Source: a virus
Taxonomy: Duplodnaviria; Caudoviricetes
Virus record (IMG/VR): IMGVR_UViG_3300030372_000517
Coordinates: 1 to 29,043 of that record
Strand: one strand, 5' to 3'
Length of the DNA stretch: 29,043 bases
Shown: in pieces, positions 25,746 to 29,043 of the stretch
Numbering within the stretch: the first letter of the stretch is position 1
Layout of the letters: each line of letters opens with the position of its first letter
Notes under the pieces: generated by a model
Databases searched by the model: none
What the model was told of the DNA's origin: nothing
The model's input: only the letters and a program-made list of their open reading frames with translations
Made by a program: the position numbers and the translations under genes

Positions 25746-26176
25746 GTTATGCTACAGAACGCCTTGCCATAGAAACATATCTTGCGGCTCAATGGTCGGG
25801 CGCGACTCCTTTAGGTTTAGACGGACATGAGTTTGAACCCACCTTCAATAGTATTCGTTTAACAATTACAAATGGTCAGGTTGTTCAAGGATCAATTGGC
25901 GCATCAAGTAACCGTATAGAATATCTTGGGCTCATAAGTATTCAGATATTCACAGAAAGCGGCAAAGGAACAAATACATGGAGAGGATATGCTGAAACAT
26001 TAGATGGCATATTCTTCAATAAGCGTATTACAAATGCGGGTGCAGTCGCAACAACTAACGAATTTATTAGATTTTCACCAGATCAACAGCACCCGTATAT
26101 TTCTGGCGAAGTTTCTGATATACCTTTTCACATTGCTAATTTCATCGCGCCTTTCGTGCGTTATGAATATAAATAG
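25742..26176 (+). CDS. Tail terminator-like protein
   Basis: GLISIQIFTESGKG; position before tail tube. Confidence 0.7.
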   Translation: MSYATERLAIETYLAAQWSGATPLGLDGHEFEPTFNSIRLTITNGQVVQGSIGASSNRIEYLGLISIQIFTESGKGTNTWRGYAETLDGIFFNKRITNAGAVATTNEFIRFSPDQQHPYISGEVSDIPFHIANFIAPFVRYEYK

Positions 26177-26187
26177 GAGGCCATAAA

Positions 26188-27135
26188 ATGACTGGCACAG
26201 CATCAAATCAGCTTCGGAGTGCTTTTGTGGCCGAAGCAACGGCGGGAGCCACGCCATCAACACCATCGTTTACAAACAGCGATGTTCCAATAAACATGAC
26301 AGCCGCACCAACAATCGTTGAGCATCGTTCACTTGCGGGAAAAGGCGAGGCGGTTGAAACGGCAATTGCAGGAATAGATGTTACTGGTGAAATGTCAGGA
26401 ACACTTGCTTATGGCGCATATGATGATTTCTTTGAGAGTTTATTCCAAGGAACATGGTCAACCAATGTATTAAAAAATGCAAAAACCACTCAATCACTTA
26501 CAATAGAAAACGCTATTACGGCTGGCGCTGGCGGCACAAATACAATGATGCGATATTTAGGTGTTGAGGCAATTGGCGGGTCGATTACTCTTACATCAAA
26601 CGCTGATATAAGTTTTGCCTTTGATTTAATGGGTATGGGTTCAGCAGATACATCAACCAGCGCAATTAGCGGTGCGAGTTACACGGATCAAACGGAACGG
26701 GCGCCACTTACTTCTGGTGTTGATGTTGGAACTATTGCTTTTGCTGGTTACACTTTAGACGCATTTGAAAGCGCAACTATAAATTTCAACTACGAAGGCA
26801 GAGAAGCGCAAAATGTTCTAGGTAGTAGTTTTACAAAAGGCGGTTTAACCAAAGGCGCAGCACTAGCTGAAATTACAGCAAGAGTTTATGTAGACACTAA
26901 CTTTTCGGCATTATACAATGCAGCGCGGGATACTAACCACACACTGTTTGCCGTTACTTTTCCTCTAGGTTCCGTTAGCAGCAAAAAATATACTTTAGTT
27001 TTTCCCAAATGTAAGTTTACGGGCGCTAACTTAGATTTCACAGCAACTAATGCGATGCAAGATGTAACAATTCGCGCAATGTACGATGAGGCAAGTGAAG
27101 ATGCCTCAATGAAACTTACAAGGGCCGTTTCATAA
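26188..27135 (+). CDS. Tail tube / major tail protein
   Basis: AGGAGG RBS; VAEATAGATPSTP, YTLVFPKCKF; position; no sheath gene. Confidence 0.85.
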   Translation: MTGTASNQLRSAFVAEATAGATPSTPSFTNSDVPINMTAAPTIVEHRSLAGKGEAVETAIAGIDVTGEMSGTLAYGAYDDFFESLFQGTWSTNVLKNAKTTQSLTIENAITAGAGGTNTMMRYLGVEAIGGSITLTSNADISFAFDLMGMGSADTSTSAISGASYTDQTERAPLTSGVDVGTIAFAGYTLDAFESATINFNYEGREAQNVLGSSFTKGGLTKGAALAEITARVYVDTNFSALYNAARDTNHTLFAVTFPLGSVSSKKYTLVFPKCKFTGANLDFTATNAMQDVTIRAMYDEASEDASMKLTRAVS

Positions 27136-27287
27136 TGTCATACATTGCAAAAGTTAAATTTACGGGAGAGGTAAATAAAAAACCTGTTTTATATCGTGCG
27201 GGTGATAAAATTTCTGATGCAGCAGCAAAGGAGCTTGACCTTGCCAATAAACCCCTTTTGGCAATCAAGGCAAAACCGACAAAATAA
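27135..27287 (+). CDS. Hypothetical protein (50 aa, MSYIAKVKFTGEV...KAKPTK)
   Basis: TAATG overlap with tail tube stop; not in ORF track. Confidence 0.6.
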   Translation: MSYIAKVKFTGEVNKKPVLYRAGDKISDAAAKELDLANKPLLAIKAKPTK

Positions 27288-27347
27288 AAGCGCTTTTTGG
27301 GGGATGGTTTGTCGGTATTCCGTCCCCCTTTAAAAACCGACAAAGGA
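27275..27347 (+). promoter_or_regulatory. Structured RNA element at chaperone RBS (hairpin / possible pseudoknot)
   Basis: Stem 27299-27307/27320-27328; loop TTTGTCGGT complementary to ACCGACAAA at 27275 and 27336. Confidence 0.55.
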
Positions 27348-27353
27348 AATAAA

Positions 27354-27833
27354 ATGCTTAACCTTAAGAAACCGCAGATGTCGGATATGACATTTCGGCG
27401 TGAGTTTACAAATGATTTAAATTTTTTATCAGAAACAAGTGCAACATTTATAGAGATTAAATGTCGTGCTGGTGGTTGGATTAATCCAGAGCTAACGAAA
27501 ATGCGTGATGATGTGCAGACTTACAAGCAAGCTAAATCATTAGAAGCTGCTAAAGAACTAAAGGACGCTGGTAAATATGCTGAAATGGCAGCAAAAACCG
27601 AGCGTGAAGTCGGCAAGAAGTTGTTTGAAGCTATTTATGATGCTTGCGTAATTTCTTGGGATACAAATATTCAAAACGATGGCGGCAAAATGAAATTTGA
27701 TAAAGATCATTTTTTGGCGCTGGCAGACGTAAGGATTGATGAAATATCTGAGTATTTTATGGACTTTTCAAAGTATGTTGATGATCTTTCTAACTTTCGC
27801 GCAGAAGCAGATGCGGTAACGGAAAAAAACTAA
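27354..27833 (+). CDS. Tail assembly chaperone (G-like)
   Basis: AAAGGA RBS, ATG 27354; CVISWD motif; ends in slippery site. Confidence 0.8.
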   Translation: MLNLKKPQMSDMTFRREFTNDLNFLSETSATFIEIKCRAGGWINPELTKMRDDVQTYKQAKSLEAAKELKDAGKYAEMAAKTEREVGKKLFEAIYDACVISWDTNIQNDGGKMKFDKDHFLALADVRIDEISEYFMDFSKYVDDLSNFRAEADAVTEKN

Positions 27834-28138
27834 TCAACGCGCTTTTATGGTCTTTTAGGTACTCTGAGAAAGATGAGGCTTACTTGATAGCTAAAGGCGC
27901 AAGTGAAATTAACGACAAACCAATTCCTGAGAATATGACCGCTTGGCTTGCTTTTCATATGCTGCGCGGTTCTAGGCAAATAGGTTACGGCACGCTTTCC
28001 CCTATACCGTTCAGTGAAATTATGTCATATTGCACTCATATCGGTTTAGATGACGCAATAGAAAGACAACGCCTAGCTAAATTTATAATGGCCTTGGATA
28101 GTACGGAGCGCAAGCATTATGGCAACTCTCAGTCTTAA
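27824..28138 (+). CDS. -1 frameshift extension of chaperone (T-like part of GT)
   Basis: A AAA AAC at 27824-27830; -1 frame open (KKLINALLWSFRY...) into track ORF 27884-28138; RQIGYGTLSPIPFSEI. Confidence 0.8.
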   Translation, partial: KKLINALLWSFRYSEKDEAYLIAKGASEINDKPIPENMTAWLAFHMLRGSRQIGYGTLSPIPFSEIMSYCTHIGLDDAIERQRLAKFIMALDSTERKHYGNSQS

Positions 28139-29043
28139 CATTGACGCAAAAGGCGCAACTACTGGCGCAAGGCAATTTAAATCTGCAACTAATGATGTCA
28201 AAGCATCAGCATCAAGCACAGCAGTTGAGGTTACTAGAGCCAGCGCCGCAATTGATAGAATGGGCGCATCGGCTGGCGCAAAAAGATTTGTTTTTCAAAA
28301 TACTGCAAATCAGATTGGCGATATAGCGGTTCAAGCATCTATGGGAACTAATATTTTTAGGGTTCTTGGGATGCAGTTGCCGCAAGTTGCTGGTGGCTTT
28401 GCTCTGCTAGGTGGAGTGTTAGGTACAGTTGCGCCCGTTTTAGGAATTGTAGCGGCTGTTGGTTTTCCTCTAATAGCTATGTATACGCAAATGGGGTCAA
28501 AAACTACTCAACTTTCCGCAGCAACAAAATTAGCAGCGCAAACCTTTGACACTTTAAAGTCGCAAACAGCTAATTTAAAAAACGAAATACAACTTTTAAA
28601 TAGTGAGTACAGTAACACAACGCAAATTGTTTTGGCTAATGCAATCACAGCACAAAGAGAGGAGGAACTTAGAATAGGCAATGAGATTGTCACAATGCGC
28701 GAAAATATGGAAACATTATCAGCTACCGGATTCGCTAAAGCGGCTACTAGAGAAGCTGAGAAAATTAAAGCCAGCCTTAAAGCAATTCAATTAGTTCGTG
28801 ATGAAATCGAATTGCGAGAAACGGAATTAGAGCAGAACAAGATAGCCATTGCAGAACTTAAAAATCGTTCCGAAGCAATAAAAGAGGAAAAGGAAGCTGC
28901 GGAAAGGTTAGCGAAAGCACAAGGGGAAGTGCGTAAAACGACAAGAGAAATACTTATGTTTGGTGATGGATTAGAGAACATTGTTAATATTTCCCCTGCG
29001 GTTCAAAAATCTATTTCAGATATAACAAAAGAAATAGTAAGAT
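28119..29043 (+). CDS. Tape measure protein, N-terminal part; 3'-truncated
   Basis: GGAG RBS; MATLSLNIDAKGA; QIGDIAVQASMGTNIFRVLGMQLPQ TMP motif; helical; open to window end. Confidence 0.85.
   Translation, partial: MATLSLNIDAKGATTGARQFKSATNDVKASASSTAVEVTRASAAIDRMGASAGAKRFVFQNTANQIGDIAVQASMGTNIFRVLGMQLPQVAGGFALLGGVLGTVAPVLGIVAAVGFPLIAMYTQMGSKTTQLSAATKLAAQTFDTLKSQTANLKNEIQLLNSEYSNTTQIVLANAITAQREEELRIGNEIVTMRENMETLSATGFAKAATREAEKIKASLKAIQLVRDEIELRETELEQNKIAIAELKNRSEAIKEEKEAAERLAKAQGEVRKTTREILMFGDGLENIVNISPAVQKSISDITKEIVR

Noticed and set aside
27297-27353. Chaperone start at TTG 27297
   Set aside because: Lies in the hairpin; RBS supports ATG 27354
28141-28326. 61-aa plus-strand ORF
   Set aside because: Out-of-frame shadow within the tape measure gene
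1-29043. Alternative genetic code, introns or inteins
   Set aside because: Core genes are intact and of normal length in the standard code, with all three stops used

Overview
Most of a circularly permuted tailed-phage genome (siphovirus-like, AT-rich; host probably a marine alphaproteobacterium, which is inference). Order: end of tail-tip protein, short fibre, 1313-aa repeat fibre with S74 chaperone, 2OG-Fe(II) oxygenase, small membrane genes, holin and M15 endolysin (1-8814, +); a leftward block of small genes and recombination functions (ERF, DUF1367-like, HNH/Ref-like) with an inverted RusA (8811-13188); HTH genes and a lambda-O-style initiator with iterons (13277-15136); a ParB-N / C5-cytosine transferase / CmoA-like module (15253-17473); then terminase, portal, head, neck, tail tube, frameshifted chaperone and start of the tape measure (18000-end). 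No integrase, CI-type repressor, polymerase, tRNA or CRISPR was seen. Best candidate for an unusual system: a C5-MTase-fold enzyme whose motif X Asn is Arg (GRSV), coupled to a CmoA-like carboxy-SAM synthase, suggesting DNA cytosine carboxymethylation. Also notable: a possible two-state pseudoknot at the tail-chaperone RBS, a five-hairpin leader before the initiator, three related leftward promoters and a CpG-poor imported fibre module. Family calls are by-eye motif recognition, not database searches.
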